In this document: positions 18,705 to 28,031 of the stretch, piece after piece
How positions within the stretch are numbered: the first letter of the stretch is position 1
Layout of the letters: each line of letters starts with the position of its first letter
IMG/VR virus record: IMGVR_UViG_3300010970_000087
Reading direction: 5' to 3' (one strand)
DNA: 57,247 bases
From: a virus
Notes under the pieces: model-generated
Seen by the model: only the letters and a program-made list of their open reading frames with translations
Told to the model about the DNA's origin: nothing
Database searches by the model: none
Translations under genes and position numbers: made by a program

Positions 18705-19340
18705 TTACTCTTTAAACAAGGATGGGAATAAGTTGGTGAGTACTCTCTTACATTCCTCAGCAATTTCACGATGTTCTTTCTGTGTTGCTTTGTCACAACG
18801 AATGTCAACATAGTGCATCCAACTTCTCAGTGTACCGTTCATGTACATTCTACTGGTTGTCATTCCTTCAGGCAAGACTTTTCTAGCCACTTCCTTAGCT
18901 ATGCCCATGCCCAGTGCAGCCTCATAGGACTTCTTAGACACCTTTAAAACATCTGTCTGTAGCTCTTGCCACACCTTCATCAATTCACGGTCTTGTACAG
19001 GGATAGAGTTCTGTCTATTCTTCTCATCCTGCAGCCTCACTTCACTGGTTTCATAGCGTGATGAGATGGCATAACGCTGTGAGAATTCTTGGAAGCTGAA
19101 GCTTCTGTGCCTCAATATTTGACGGGCAATGTCACGAGTGGTTTCAATTTCCATACAGACATTAACCATTTCAAATGGACTCCAATGTTTGTTGTCCATC
19201 AAATACTTCAACAGCTTAGGAGCTGTCTCAGGATTGTTCTGGTTCTCTGGGTTGCTCACCCTCGCCATGTACGCTATCAGATTCTCCGCATCCGGTGTTG
19301 CCCATATCAGTGTTACCCACATATTTAGTTCCTTCTTCAA
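18705..19340 (-). CDS. thyX: FAD-dependent thymidylate synthase
   Basis: ThyX signature RHRSFSFQEFSQRY; start at 19340 or 19322. Confidence 0.9.
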   Translation of the reverse strand: MKKELNMWVTLIWATPDAENLIAYMARVSNPENQNNPETAPKLLKYLMDNKHWSPFEMVNVCMEIETTRDIARQILRHRSFSFQEFSQRYAISSRYETSEVRLQDEKNRQNSIPVQDRELMKVWQELQTDVLKVSKKSYEAALGMGIAKEVARKVLPEGMTTSRMYMNGTLRSWMHYVDIRCDKATQKEHREIAEECKRVLTNLFPSLFKE

Positions 19341-19461
19341 TGCCCATTTTAATGGCTGTAATTATACCAAGGTTAAGCAAGATGTTGCGCTCTTCCCAAT
19401 TCAAATCGAATGTAAAGGTTGCGCTGCCATCCTCATGTTCGTCTATCATTTCTACATTCAT
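19228..19461 (-). CDS. Hypothetical acidic protein (77 aa), 3' end overlaps thyX
   Basis: ATG 19461 forms an ATGA overlap with the HNH stop; the ORF runs about 95-112 nt into thyX in another frame. Confidence 0.45.
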   Translation of the reverse strand: MNVEMIDEHEDGSATFTFDLNWEERNILLNLGIITAIKMGIEEGTKYVGNTDMGNTGCGESDSVHGEGEQPREPEQS

Positions 19462-19841
19462 TTCTTTTTCCTTTCTGCTTTCTCTTCCTCTGTCTTCACC
19501 TTGTGGCATGGCTTACAAAGCACCTGCAGATTCTCTATCTCACAGAAGATGCGGTCAATGAAGGAGTCCCATCCGACAAAGCCTTCTGATGTAGATACTA
19601 CTGGGAGTATATGATCTACCTGCACATCTGCTGCAACAAAGTGTTTCTTACATTTGGCACACTTGTAATGCATTGCCAGCTTACCCGTCTTCTTGTTTTC
19701 CTTTCTACCTACGAAAGCTTCTTTCAAAGCTTTGTATTTAGGAGGCCAACGCCTAGACGCTGCTCTCAGCGCTGAAGTGACAAAGCTACGAAACCTAGCG
19801 TCTGTCCATTCACCACCATTTCTTTTTTTACTATCTACCAA
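19458..19841 (-). CDS. HNH endonuclease (127 aa)
   Basis: CAKCKK...VQVDHILPV...NLQVLCKPCHKVKT (Cys4 plus H-N-H). Confidence 0.8.
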   Translation of the reverse strand: MVDSKKRNGGEWTDARFRSFVTSALRAASRRWPPKYKALKEAFVGRKENKKTGKLAMHYKCAKCKKHFVAADVQVDHILPVVSTSEGFVGWDSFIDRIFCEIENLQVLCKPCHKVKTEEEKAERKKK

Positions 19842-20031
19842 TTTGTGTATCCACTAGATGCGACATGTCAGCAGCATCGTAGTGCACAAATAAATCCCTA
19901 GCTATTGCTAGAGCTTCGTCAATGTCCAAAGCAACAAACTCAGACAGGTATTTATCATACTCGGACTCAGCCATATGCTCAACAACGTAGCCATTACTAG
20001 CCTCCCTAATTGTTACAGAGTTAACTTTCAT
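19831..20031 (-). CDS. Hypothetical protein (66 aa)
   Basis: ORF with an ATGA overlap to the upstream small ORF. Confidence 0.55.
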   Translation of the reverse strand: MKVNSVTIREASNGYVVEHMAESEYDKYLSEFVALDIDEALAIARDLFVHYDAADMSHLVDTQIGR

Positions 20032-20204
20032 TCTAGTCCTTCAACATCAACATGGCGAAACACAATTTCATGTGAGTCCATGCGTTCTAATGAGGCAGTG
20101 AGGTTCTCAATAATCACCTCGCTCAACACTTCTTCATTCAGATAGACATTAGGTAGGTCTTCTGGTTTAAAGAATACTTTTAAACTAATGTCCACTGTGA
20201 TCAT
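20028..20204 (-). CDS. Small hypothetical protein (58 aa, below the track cutoff)
   Basis: Manual translation MITVDISLKVFFKPEDLPNVYLNEEVLSEVIIENLTASLERMDSHEIVFRHVDVEGLE; ATGA overlaps at both ends fill an otherwise empty gap. Confidence 0.5.
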   Translation of the reverse strand: MITVDISLKVFFKPEDLPNVYLNEEVLSEVIIENLTASLERMDSHEIVFRHVDVEGLE

Positions 20205-20464
20205 AATTTTTCCAGTCTTTCTTCTACCAGTCTAGCGTAGCCAATGATGTCATGCCATGAGTCATGATACCAAGGATCACCATTAACAATGCGAGACATC
20301 TTGTTACAGATGAGATCAAGGCTTTCCTTCATATCATCATCCATCTCTTTCCATACAGCACCAGATCTAATTGTATCCTTCAATGCTTGTGAAACCCTAG
20401 AGACATCCTCTTTATAATTTCCATAGCGAGTGCCTCGCTGTGCCAATGTATCATCTACATTCAT
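20201..20464 (-). CDS. Conserved phage protein (87 aa), DUF6378-like by recollection
   Basis: ERG-x-x-YG...CNKMSRIVNGDPWYHDSWHDIIGYARL pattern; function unknown. Confidence 0.55.
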   Translation of the reverse strand: MNVDDTLAQRGTRYGNYKEDVSRVSQALKDTIRSGAVWKEMDDDMKESLDLICNKMSRIVNGDPWYHDSWHDIIGYARLVEERLEKL

Positions 20465-20799
20465 TGCATACCTCCAACTGTCTTAGTGTCCACAGTGAAG
20501 CTGCCATCACTGAAGCTGTCATGGTCTGGGTTGTAGGCAAAGTCACCTACATCAGCAAACACTTTGCCACAATAACTAACAAGTTTGTCAGCAAGCTTCT
20601 CATCTTCCTGCATATACTGTACTGTTGCAGCCAATATCATAGCCATACCAACAAGATTGTCTGCATCATCTTGGCTAATAGTGAGAGGACCAAAGCCACT
20701 GACCAACACCTGAAAGCTCTTGGTGTATTCTCCATCTACAATGGTAGGACGAAGGATGAGGGCAATGTCATTTGGTTTTAAATTTGTGGAGGAGTCCAT
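20461..20799 (-). CDS. Hypothetical protein (112 aa)
   Basis: ORF with an ATGA overlap downstream and a 22-nt overlap with the exonuclease gene. Confidence 0.6.
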   Translation of the reverse strand: MDSSTNLKPNDIALILRPTIVDGEYTKSFQVLVSGFGPLTISQDDADNLVGMAMILAATVQYMQEDEKLADKLVSYCGKVFADVGDFAYNPDHDSFSDGSFTVDTKTVGGMQ

Positions 20800-21479
20800 G
20801 TTTGTCCTTCATATCTGCGTAGGAAAAGAAGCTGAGCATTCTCTAACACACGCTCAGCATTGCCTTCATAAGCTTCCAACACTTTGTTGTATAGCTCAAG
20901 TTCATCTGTTGTGTCCCCAATTATTTTGGCTGCTTTCACTGGACCAACACGGAACAATCCTTTGATGTTATCAGCAGCATCACCTGTCAGCATCTGTGTA
21001 TACAGCTTAACCAAAGCCTCCTCTGGCTTGATGTAATAACCCAAGTGCTTTACAAAGTTGTAATGCCAACCAACAATCTGATCTAAGTCTTTGTCTAATG
21101 ACACGATGACACATTGGTCACCAAGTCTTGTTGCTTCAATAGCGATGGCATCATCAGCTTCTTGTCCATCAGAGATGGTTGCTCCCCATTCTTTAACAAG
21201 ATAGTTTCTAAGGAAAGCTAGATGCTTTGGCTTAGGCTTGTCAACTCTGTTACCTTTGTAAGGCACAGTGGTTGCTATTTGATAACGGAAGTTGTTCTTA
21301 CCAGTTAAGAACATGTGCCACTCATCTACGAAGCAATCAGGATAGATGCTATCAACACCACACATGAGGACATCAACAATTAAACGATCCAGTGTTCGCT
21401 GTGCCGTTGCCTCGTCTTCGTCCTCACATGCGGATGCTGCCCGATAAGCGAAGATGTCGCTATCGAATAGAGCTTTCAT
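20778..21479 (-). CDS. 5'-3' exonuclease / flap endonuclease (PIN-like, Pol I N-terminal type)
   Basis: Acidic clusters DSD, YKGNR, EADDAIA, SLDKDLDQ and the H3TH-like GDAADNIKGLFRVGPVKAAK. Confidence 0.75.
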   Translation of the reverse strand: MKALFDSDIFAYRAASACEDEDEATAQRTLDRLIVDVLMCGVDSIYPDCFVDEWHMFLTGKNNFRYQIATTVPYKGNRVDKPKPKHLAFLRNYLVKEWGATISDGQEADDAIAIEATRLGDQCVIVSLDKDLDQIVGWHYNFVKHLGYYIKPEEALVKLYTQMLTGDAADNIKGLFRVGPVKAAKIIGDTTDELELYNKVLEAYEGNAERVLENAQLLFLRRYEGQTWTPPQI

Positions 21480-21658
21480 TACTCAGCTACTACTTCTTCA
21501 ACTGAAGATGTCTTAGCTGCCTCAGCCTCTTGAATCTGTTCCATACCTTGTTGTCGGATGACAGCAATGGTGTCTGTAACAGCTTCAAAGGGAAGCTTAG
21601 CAAGTGCTGCCAATACCAAATTTAATTGGTCCAATGTCAATGTAATATTCAAGTTCAT
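21479..21658 (-). CDS. Small hypothetical protein (59 aa, below the track cutoff)
   Basis: Manual translation MNLNITLTLDQLNLVLAALAKLPFEAVTDTIAVIRQQGMEQIQEAEAAKTSSVEEVVAE; ATGA overlap upstream and TAATG overlap downstream. Confidence 0.5.
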   Translation of the reverse strand: MNLNITLTLDQLNLVLAALAKLPFEAVTDTIAVIRQQGMEQIQEAEAAKTSSVEEVVAE

Positions 21659-22074
21659 AATACGTCCTCGTCATCTGCATCAATACCACTAGCTGTGGAG
21701 TACTCAACCAAGTCAGTGATAACCAGCTTCTTTAATGAAGGGCTAACACCTTTCTTGTTCTTATAGGTCCAAGAGTATGTAGACACCAGTGCCTTACCCT
21801 TACTACCATTACCAATAGCCTCAGTAATTTCATCGTTGTCTGTATCGAAGACACGGATAGGCTTCTCTGATTTGCAAGTGATGTACCTGCCCATATCAGC
21901 CTTCTTCTCTTCACCAGTTTGAACACTAATACCCATCTCTTCCAATGCTTCAACAGCAGCATCAGACAAGTTGCACAGATTCAACTGGAACTTTCCAGAC
22001 ATGTCATTCACTTTGTTGTGTTGACACCAGAACACATCAGCCTTAATCTTAATGGCTTTCTTTTCTTCACTCAT
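21655..22074 (-). CDS. Putative ssDNA-binding protein (T7 gp2.5-like), 139 aa
   Basis: Lies between the DNA polymerase and the exonuclease. Acidic C-terminal tail GIDADDEDVL. Start at MSEEKK (ATG 22074) behind a GGAGAAA SD. Confidence 0.5.
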   Translation of the reverse strand: MSEEKKAIKIKADVFWCQHNKVNDMSGKFQLNLCNLSDAAVEALEEMGISVQTGEEKKADMGRYITCKSEKPIRVFDTDNDEITEAIGNGSKGKALVSTYSWTYKNKKGVSPSLKKLVITDLVEYSTASGIDADDEDVL

Positions 22075-22124
22075 AATTTTCTCCAATATGAAAACGGTCT
22101 GAACGGCAGACCCACAACCGCCCA

Positions 22125-23840
22125 TCAATGCGTCTGTTTCCAGTTGTCACCAACCTTACCTTCAGCATTCACAGGACAGCGAAACTTAAGAGCTTCTCCT
22201 GCTTTGGTTGCTGCTTGCTCGATGAGCTTTGCTGCTTCCTCTGCCTGATCTTCTCTCACTTCCCACTGTGTTTCGTCATGAACGAACGCTAATAGTTTAG
22301 CATCTATTCCCTGTTCTTGCAACAACTTTGTTGATTCAACAAGCCATTGTTTAGCAATGATAGCACCTGCACTTTGTAACAAAGTGTTTAGTGCAGCATG
22401 CTCAGATCTAACCCACACTCGCCTACCATCCAAGGCAGGGAGATGTCCCTTCGCCATGAACTTAGATATCTTCTTCTTCAGGGTAGAAAGTCCGGGCGTA
22501 TTATTGATAAAACTATCAATAAGTTTCTTGCCTTTGCTGCTGTTACCACCCACAATGCTACCCGCCTTGGCTGCACCTGCACCATACAACACCCCATATG
22601 TCAGGGTTTTGGTGGTGTTTCTAGCCTTCTTATGCTCAGGATTGTTATCGTCCTTGACAGTACCTTTTTCCACCAAGCCAAAGCTCTGTGCATTAAACCA
22701 ATGGATGTCACCCTTCAGCAACTCATCCATCCATTCTTGGTCATTCAGATAGTGACCTAAGCAGCGAAGCTCAATGCCTGATAGGTCAACACCTACCTGC
22801 TTGTACCCCTTAGGCACACGCCACATCTCCCTGCATTCAGCACCGAAGGGGCTACCCACCGCAGGAACTTGTGCCATGTTAGGACTACTGTGTGTGGCTC
22901 TGCCTGTCACTGCTCCATTAGTAGTAACCCTACCATGCACCCTACCATCATCACCCACTAGATCAAGCCAACTACTTATCTGAGCTACACGCTTTTGTAT
23001 CATTAAGTATTCAGCAATTATTTGTCCCTCTGGGAACACAACACCTTTCAAGGTGTCCTCATCCACAATGGGCTGACCCGTTGGGGTCATCTTAGTTGGC
23101 TTCCATCCTAGCTTCATAAGGCGGTCACCAATTTGCTGCCTACTTCCGGGATTGAAGATGGTAATCTTGTCCTTCAAGCGCTTGCCTGTCTTCTCAGAAA
23201 TGCGTTCCTCTACGATGGGAGGAAACACCTTCTGCATTTCCTCTTCAATGTCAGACATGCGTCCACTCAATGTTGCATTAAGCACCATAGCTTTCTCAAT
23301 GTCTAACATGAATCCATTGTTCTCCATGCCACGGCAGATCAGTGCCACCTCATGTTCAAGCTGAATGCTTTGTAGGGAAAACCCTTCCTTCACCATCACT
23401 GTACTTAGGTGATTATAAACCTTCTCAAGCAGCAACACATCCTGCTCACAATAGGTAGCCATCTCTTGTGACCATCCACTGTCGAAGTCAGTGAAGCCAA
23501 TCTTGTTATCACCTAAACGATAGCCCCATGCCTCTAGGCTATGTGGTGTTGGTGCTTTGCCCGACACAGGTACGACAATATCAATGTCGGGCTTGTACAG
23601 GCGTGACATAACCAATGTATCTACAAGCTTGTTGTCAGGAATGACAACACCCCAAACCTTCTTAAGAACAGGTGCATCAAAGCCAATGATGTTATGGCCC
23701 ACCACTTGCTCACCCTCTAAGTATTGCTGCAAGGTGTCGGCTTCCCGCCAGTGCCTTACCTCACCAGTGGTGTTGTGCTTGGTTACACACAGCCAAATGG
23801 TGTCATGTTTCAGGTTTGTCTCTATGTCTAAGAAGATCAT
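22125..23840 (-). CDS. DNA polymerase, family A (3'-5' exo plus pol domains, no 5' nuclease domain)
   Basis: Exo motifs MIFLDIETN, VGHNIIGFD and YCEQDV. Pol motif A is VDLSGIELR, motif B is RNTTKTLTYGVLYGAG and motif C is FVHDETQ. Start is one of the ATGs at 23840-23879. Confidence 0.9.
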   Translation of the reverse strand: MIFLDIETNLKHDTIWLCVTKHNTTGEVRHWREADTLQQYLEGEQVVGHNIIGFDAPVLKKVWGVVIPDNKLVDTLVMSRLYKPDIDIVVPVSGKAPTPHSLEAWGYRLGDNKIGFTDFDSGWSQEMATYCEQDVLLLEKVYNHLSTVMVKEGFSLQSIQLEHEVALICRGMENNGFMLDIEKAMVLNATLSGRMSDIEEEMQKVFPPIVEERISEKTGKRLKDKITIFNPGSRQQIGDRLMKLGWKPTKMTPTGQPIVDEDTLKGVVFPEGQIIAEYLMIQKRVAQISSWLDLVGDDGRVHGRVTTNGAVTGRATHSSPNMAQVPAVGSPFGAECREMWRVPKGYKQVGVDLSGIELRCLGHYLNDQEWMDELLKGDIHWFNAQSFGLVEKGTVKDDNNPEHKKARNTTKTLTYGVLYGAGAAKAGSIVGGNSSKGKKLIDSFINNTPGLSTLKKKISKFMAKGHLPALDGRRVWVRSEHAALNTLLQSAGAIIAKQWLVESTKLLQEQGIDAKLLAFVHDETQWEVREDQAEEAAKLIEQAATKAGEALKFRCPVNAEGKVGDNWKQTH

Positions 23841-24003
23841 CGTCATTGTCCTTATCATTTTGTCGGAGGTTATCAACATCTACCGACTGTTTGTAATCTT
23901 CTACTGAGTCTTTACCAAAGATGGCATTCCATCTTGATGCCCACTCCTCATCAGCTATTGATTTGGGACGCTGAGTGTGTCCCTTACCACCATCACTCGT
24001 CAT
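23803..24003 (-). CDS. Hypothetical protein (66 aa)
   Basis: ORF overlapping the polymerase start region; acidic C-terminus. Confidence 0.5.
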   Translation of the reverse strand: MTSDGGKGHTQRPKSIADEEWASRWNAIFGKDSVEDYKQSVDVDNLRQNDKDNDDDLLRHRDKPET

Positions 24004-24223
24004 GATATTGCCACACCACTACAGGTGTGTCCTTTCCTATGTAAGCATTCTCAATATTAAAACTGATGTATTCAATAGCATCATCGGCATTCATGCCATC
24101 TCTAATCATCAATTGTTCAACCATCTTTTCACAATCGTAGACAAGTACCTCAACACGCTCATTACCATTCCATACAGAGGCTATGCCTATGATGGCACTA
24201 TCAAATCCATCCCACTTCTTCAT
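23993..24223 (-). CDS. Hypothetical protein (76 aa)
   Basis: ATGA overlap with the stop of the HNH gene. Confidence 0.6.
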   Translation of the reverse strand: MKKWDGFDSAIIGIASVWNGNERVEVLVYDCEKMVEQLMIRDGMNADDAIEYISFNIENAYIGKDTPVVVWQYHDE

Positions 24224-24708
24224 AACTTATCCTTATGTATTTTAATTATGCTGTTAGCAAAGTGCAACAGTTCTTCAATACTTGCGTTGTATTTCATAGC
24301 ATTTGCTTTATGGGATATAAGTTGAACATTCCCTTTAACATATCCCTTCTCAGGAATAATCTTATCAAGAGTAGGTGAAAAATAAGATGGTCCTTTTGCT
24401 CCAAAGTTTTGTTTAAGTTCTATACCTAGATAAGGACAGAACTGTACAACTTCAATGTCATCTACAGTGATATCAAAGGGTAGTCCTTTTTGTTTAGCCC
24501 GGTTCTTAGCTTGTTGAACAAGGTGAGCAAGCCAGTTTTTTCTAAACCATTTTCTAGAATCTTTATCCCAACAAGATTTACAAATTGGTTTAATGTAAGT
24601 GTAATAGGAAATGCTTCCGTCTTTCTTAGTGTACTTACACTGTCTAGCATAGTAGTCTTCTACCACTTTGTTCTCACTGCATTGATTGCAAACTTTATGT
24701 GTTCTCAT
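24220..24708 (-). CDS. HNH homing-type endonuclease (162 aa), paralog group A
   Basis: N-terminal CNQC...C..C and C-terminal LDKIIPEKGYVKGNVQLISHKANAMK. Strong AGGAGG SD before ATG 24708. The same C-terminal motif occurs in the 40344 and 49636 genes. Confidence 0.8.
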   Translation of the reverse strand: MRTHKVCNQCSENKVVEDYYARQCKYTKKDGSISYYTYIKPICKSCWDKDSRKWFRKNWLAHLVQQAKNRAKQKGLPFDITVDDIEVVQFCPYLGIELKQNFGAKGPSYFSPTLDKIIPEKGYVKGNVQLISHKANAMKYNASIEELLHFANSIIKIHKDKL

Positions 24709-24760
24709 AATATACCTCCTAGTATTTGAACATAGTAGGTATATCACATGATCAAAAGTA

Positions 24761-26374
24761 TTACAACATATTATTGTCACTCATATAATTTTCTACCTCA
24801 ACTAGGCGGTTAATGTTCTTATCAAAGTACAGAGCACCTGCGGGTCCTGTCTCTCCCGTAAAGCGTGACTTCAGGAGGCGAAGCTCAGTGGTGTTGCGCC
24901 TCATCTCATCATCATCCTGCTGATCACGCTGTAAGCCAATGACTGCATCTGACAACTGGCTAATGCCTTGAGTACCTCGTAATGAAGAGAGACTAATCTC
25001 AGCCCCATTCTCAAGCCCCTGTCCTTGTTGTCTACGAGTGTGTGAGATACCAAACAAACCTACGCCTGTCTCTTCAACAAAGGTACGCAGCTTAGTCAAT
25101 AACATATCTAAGCCCTTACGCTCATCAGTATCCATACCAGACAAGATCATTTGATAATGATCCAAGATGATCCATTGGCAGTTCTGTCCTTTCACCATGT
25201 AGCGTAGGCGATTAAGGACATTGTCAATATCAAGCGAGCCAAAGTGATTGAACAACACACAGCGACCAGTGCCCATCGTACTGTCATAGCATTTCTTTAG
25301 TTCATCCTCTGTATATTCCACATGAGGAAGATGTAAAGGTTTCCCTGCTTCGATAGACATAATACCTAAGGCTGTACGCTCAGGAGATTCTTCTAAGAAA
25401 GCCATACCAATATTGTCATTGGTTGTCATGAGCAAGTGGTGGATAAGCTGTCTTAAGAATGTAGATTTACCCTGCCCAGTTCCTGCTGCAATGGTAATAA
25501 GCTCACGCTTGCGTAGACCTGCCATCATCTCATTCAGTTTGGCATACGGCCATGAAGCGTCAGGAAGTTGCTTAGGCTTCTTCAATTGTTCCCACAAGTC
25601 AGCACCATTAATAATGCCATCTGGTTTGTAGGGTTCAGCAGCCCACCATCTAGAAACAAAGGCAGCTTCCTTGCCTTCAGCAAGCCACTCGCATGCATCC
25701 TTGTATGCAGGGTCTGGTTTAAATATCTTGCACTTGCTGCCAAACAATTCAGCAACTTCCTTCGCTGCCTTCTGTCCTGCCTCATCACCATCAAAGCACA
25801 GCACAATGTTTTCAAAGCTGTTGATATATTCGTAATGGGCTTTGGCATCCTTCAATGCACTACCTGCACCTGTGCGAATAGACACCACAGGATATTTACT
25901 TCCTGTCAATTGGTATGCAGCCAGTGCATCAAACTCACCTTCAGTGATGGTGAGGTATTTGCCATTGGAGGGGTATAGGTTCTGTCCAAACAGTGTGCCT
26001 TTGCTCCATCCACCTACGGTAGTAAATTTCTTGTCCTTCACTTCCCTACGCTTAGCTGCAACAAGCTGTGAGTTGCTGTCGTAATAAGGAAAGAAATAAT
26101 AACCACCACTACGGACAACACCATAGCGTTCCATTGTGGTTTTGTTAATGCGTCTATCAGCTACAGAAACACTGTAGCCTTCGTTGTATTCCTTCAGGAA
26201 AGAGCTTGTGTCCTTACTGTCTGTATCAATATCAATCACTTCAAGTCTTTCATTGTTCGTTGATGGGATGTATGTATTACATACAAAACATTTGGTGGAC
26301 ATGTCATCATTGATGGACAAGCCATCACTACTTCCACATGTCTCACAAGGTTGATGTGTTTTTAGGAAAGTCAT
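24761..26374 (-). CDS. Bifunctional primase-helicase (T7 gp4-like)
   Basis: Zn finger CETCGS...CFVCNT, TOPRIM motifs ITEGEFDALAA and DGDEAGQKAA, Walker A AAGTGQGKST, and a DnaB-type C-terminal half. Confidence 0.9.
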   Translation of the reverse strand: MTFLKTHQPCETCGSSDGLSINDDMSTKCFVCNTYIPSTNNERLEVIDIDTDSKDTSSFLKEYNEGYSVSVADRRINKTTMERYGVVRSGGYYFFPYYDSNSQLVAAKRREVKDKKFTTVGGWSKGTLFGQNLYPSNGKYLTITEGEFDALAAYQLTGSKYPVVSIRTGAGSALKDAKAHYEYINSFENIVLCFDGDEAGQKAAKEVAELFGSKCKIFKPDPAYKDACEWLAEGKEAAFVSRWWAAEPYKPDGIINGADLWEQLKKPKQLPDASWPYAKLNEMMAGLRKRELITIAAGTGQGKSTFLRQLIHHLLMTTNDNIGMAFLEESPERTALGIMSIEAGKPLHLPHVEYTEDELKKCYDSTMGTGRCVLFNHFGSLDIDNVLNRLRYMVKGQNCQWIILDHYQMILSGMDTDERKGLDMLLTKLRTFVEETGVGLFGISHTRRQQGQGLENGAEISLSSLRGTQGISQLSDAVIGLQRDQQDDDEMRRNTTELRLLKSRFTGETGPAGALYFDKNINRLVEVENYMSDNNML

Positions 26375-26597
26375 AGCCCTTGTATGTTATTTTGTTGGTC
26401 TTTAACACTGTGTCGTATGCTTGAAAAAGCTTTGTCATTCTAGCATCGTGGAGGCTATGCAGTCCAATTAATAAATTGGCAAGCTCGTCTTCATCAGGCT
26501 TCTTCTCTCTGTCCATCAACACCCAAAGGATGGAATCAATGTCCTCCTTAGTTATCCACGCAGCCATGATGAGGTTTTCTAGTTCATGTAGTTTCAT
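26343..26597 (-). CDS. Hypothetical protein (84 aa)
   Basis: ORF in the ATGA-coupled chain. Confidence 0.55.
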   Translation of the reverse strand: MKLHELENLIMAAWITKEDIDSILWVLMDREKKPDEDELANLLIGLHSLHDARMTKLFQAYDTVLKTNKITYKGYDFPKNTSTL

Positions 26598-26809
26598 ACT
26601 ACACCCTTCATTTGTTCAGGTGTTAAACACTTCTGTCCTGTACTTTCCCAATGGTTGTACACACCACGATAGACAATACCCTCATGGCATTTAAAGTGGA
26701 CAGGTTTGTATAGTTCTTGTCTTGCTATGTCATAACCAATGTTATAACAAGCAGCACCACTAATGGTAGCCACTAGCCATAGGGCTAGGTATTGTTGTGG
26801 GTAGCTCAT
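26594..26809 (-). CDS. Hypothetical membrane protein (71 aa)
   Basis: N-terminal TM segment YLALWLVATISGAACY; ATGA overlaps at both ends. Confidence 0.55.
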   Translation of the reverse strand: MSYPQQYLALWLVATISGAACYNIGYDIARQELYKPVHFKCHEGIVYRGVYNHWESTGQKCLTPEQMKGVV

Positions 26810-27126
26810 GTGTTCTCCTTAAGTGGAATTGCTATTGACTCCCCACATCCAACGGTGCTTACATATGCCGTGATACACCAGTCACCTGCTTTTAGAGAGT
26901 GATCAAACTTACGAATAATATCTAAAGGATATTTTTTGTTCCACTCTTTTGTTTGAGGTTCGCTGTCTGCCCAGCATCTAGCAACAACCAGACAAGATGA
27001 TGCAGCATAACCAACAACATATGTTCTTGGGTGTATGTGTCTAGGCTTACTTGTAAGTTTTATCTTTTGTTTCTTGCACCAATGTTGCACGGCAAGTGCA
27101 GATTCTTTTTCTAGCTTTGTCGTCAT
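26806..27126 (-). CDS. Hypothetical protein (106 aa)
   Basis: ORF in the ATGA-coupled chain. Confidence 0.6.
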   Translation of the reverse strand: MTTKLEKESALAVQHWCKKQKIKLTSKPRHIHPRTYVVGYAASSCLVVARCWADSEPQTKEWNKKYPLDIIRKFDHSLKAGDWCITAYVSTVGCGESIAIPLKENT

Positions 27127-27419
27127 GATTTCATATTCCTTACAAATGTTGCGAATGACTCAGCAGTACTGCCAAAGGCTTTCATCTTGTCAAACTCTCT
27201 AGCCACTTCCTCTAGGATTGCGTTTCTTTGAGAAGGTGAGACATAAATGTCAAAGTAGTACGGCTGACCCAAATCCCTCAGTATTTGCTTACCAAGGTTA
27301 GATTGCTTCTCCACCTCGTTAAAGGCTTCGTCTTCCTCTTTAGTCCAATCAGGCTCATAGTTCAAGCCTAACTCTCTAGCGTTTTCTGCTTTCTTTTCTA
27401 GGGCTTCGTCTTTGTTCAT
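27123..27419 (-). CDS. Hypothetical protein (98 aa)
   Basis: ORF in the ATGA-coupled chain. Confidence 0.6.
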   Translation of the reverse strand: MNKDEALEKKAENARELGLNYEPDWTKEEDEAFNEVEKQSNLGKQILRDLGQPYYFDIYVSPSQRNAILEEVAREFDKMKAFGSTAESFATFVRNMKS

Positions 27420-27616
27420 GCTTGTCCCCTTGCTCGGATGGCATCAGAGTGTTCACCTTGCCGAGATTCCCAATAATCAACCAACTTTGCACACGCCTCA
27501 CGCTCGGCAGAAGCGACAAGGTCGGCAAAGCGTTCAAGGTAAACAGTCAATTGCTTGATGTACCACTCATCAAAATCGGCCTCTCGTGCCATGCGAATAA
27601 TGTCTTCTCTGTTCAT
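27416..27616 (-). CDS. Hypothetical protein (66 aa)
   Basis: Start at MNREDIIRMAREADF (ATG 27616, ATGA overlap); the longer track ORF start at 27775 is in the wrong context. Confidence 0.55.
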   Translation of the reverse strand: MNREDIIRMAREADFDEWYIKQLTVYLERFADLVASAEREACAKLVDYWESRQGEHSDAIRARGQA

Positions 27617-27759
27617 TTTGCAGCCTCCATATACAGCCCCACATTGCCCAGTGCATAACCAACAAAGGCAATGCCTAGCCCTGTGTTTCCCTTGAGCAGC
27701 AGATCCACTGCCACCACTGCATACACCACACCAACAATAGCGATAAGCCAAGCACTCAT
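27613..27759 (-). CDS. Small membrane protein (48 aa, below the track cutoff)
   Basis: Manual translation MSAWLIAIVGVVYAVVAVDLLLKGNTGLGIAFVGYALGNVGLYMEAAK; ATGA overlaps at both ends. Confidence 0.45.
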   Translation of the reverse strand: MSAWLIAIVGVVYAVVAVDLLLKGNTGLGIAFVGYALGNVGLYMEAAK

Positions 27760-28031
27760 TTGTTAATCTCCACATTCATTGGTTTAAATTCCTCAATCAC
27801 TCTTACAAGAGAGGTGATGAGGTGTTGATCTTGATCGTGCTTAAGTTCATAACTGAGTAGCCACTCAAGCTGCTCAAGCACCACTGCCTCTTGTTCCATC
27901 TGATTCAACTGCATAGGTTTCTCCTTTATAAGTCTAGCTACCATATCCATCTTAGTGCAATAGCTTTTTATCCAAGCCTTGTCACTGTCTCTATCGTACA
28001 CTTGTCTACATTTAGAACATCTGTATCTCAT
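27756..28031 (-). CDS. Hypothetical protein (91 aa) with N-terminal Cys cluster
   Basis: RCSKCRQ...YC; ATGA overlap with the integrase stop. Confidence 0.55.
   Translation of the reverse strand: MRYRCSKCRQVYDRDSDKAWIKSYCTKMDMVARLIKEKPMQLNQMEQEAVVLEQLEWLLSYELKHDQDQHLITSLVRVIEEFKPMNVEINK

Noticed and set aside
19129-19614. 161-aa plus-strand ORF opposite thyX/HNH. Similar antisense ORFs lie within nrdA, the DNA polymerase, the primase-helicase and int (17172..17555, 22357..22752, 25568..25978, 28869..29252).
   Set aside because: They are antisense to genes with strong catalytic motifs, lack an RBS, and the whole region is otherwise transcribed on the minus strand.
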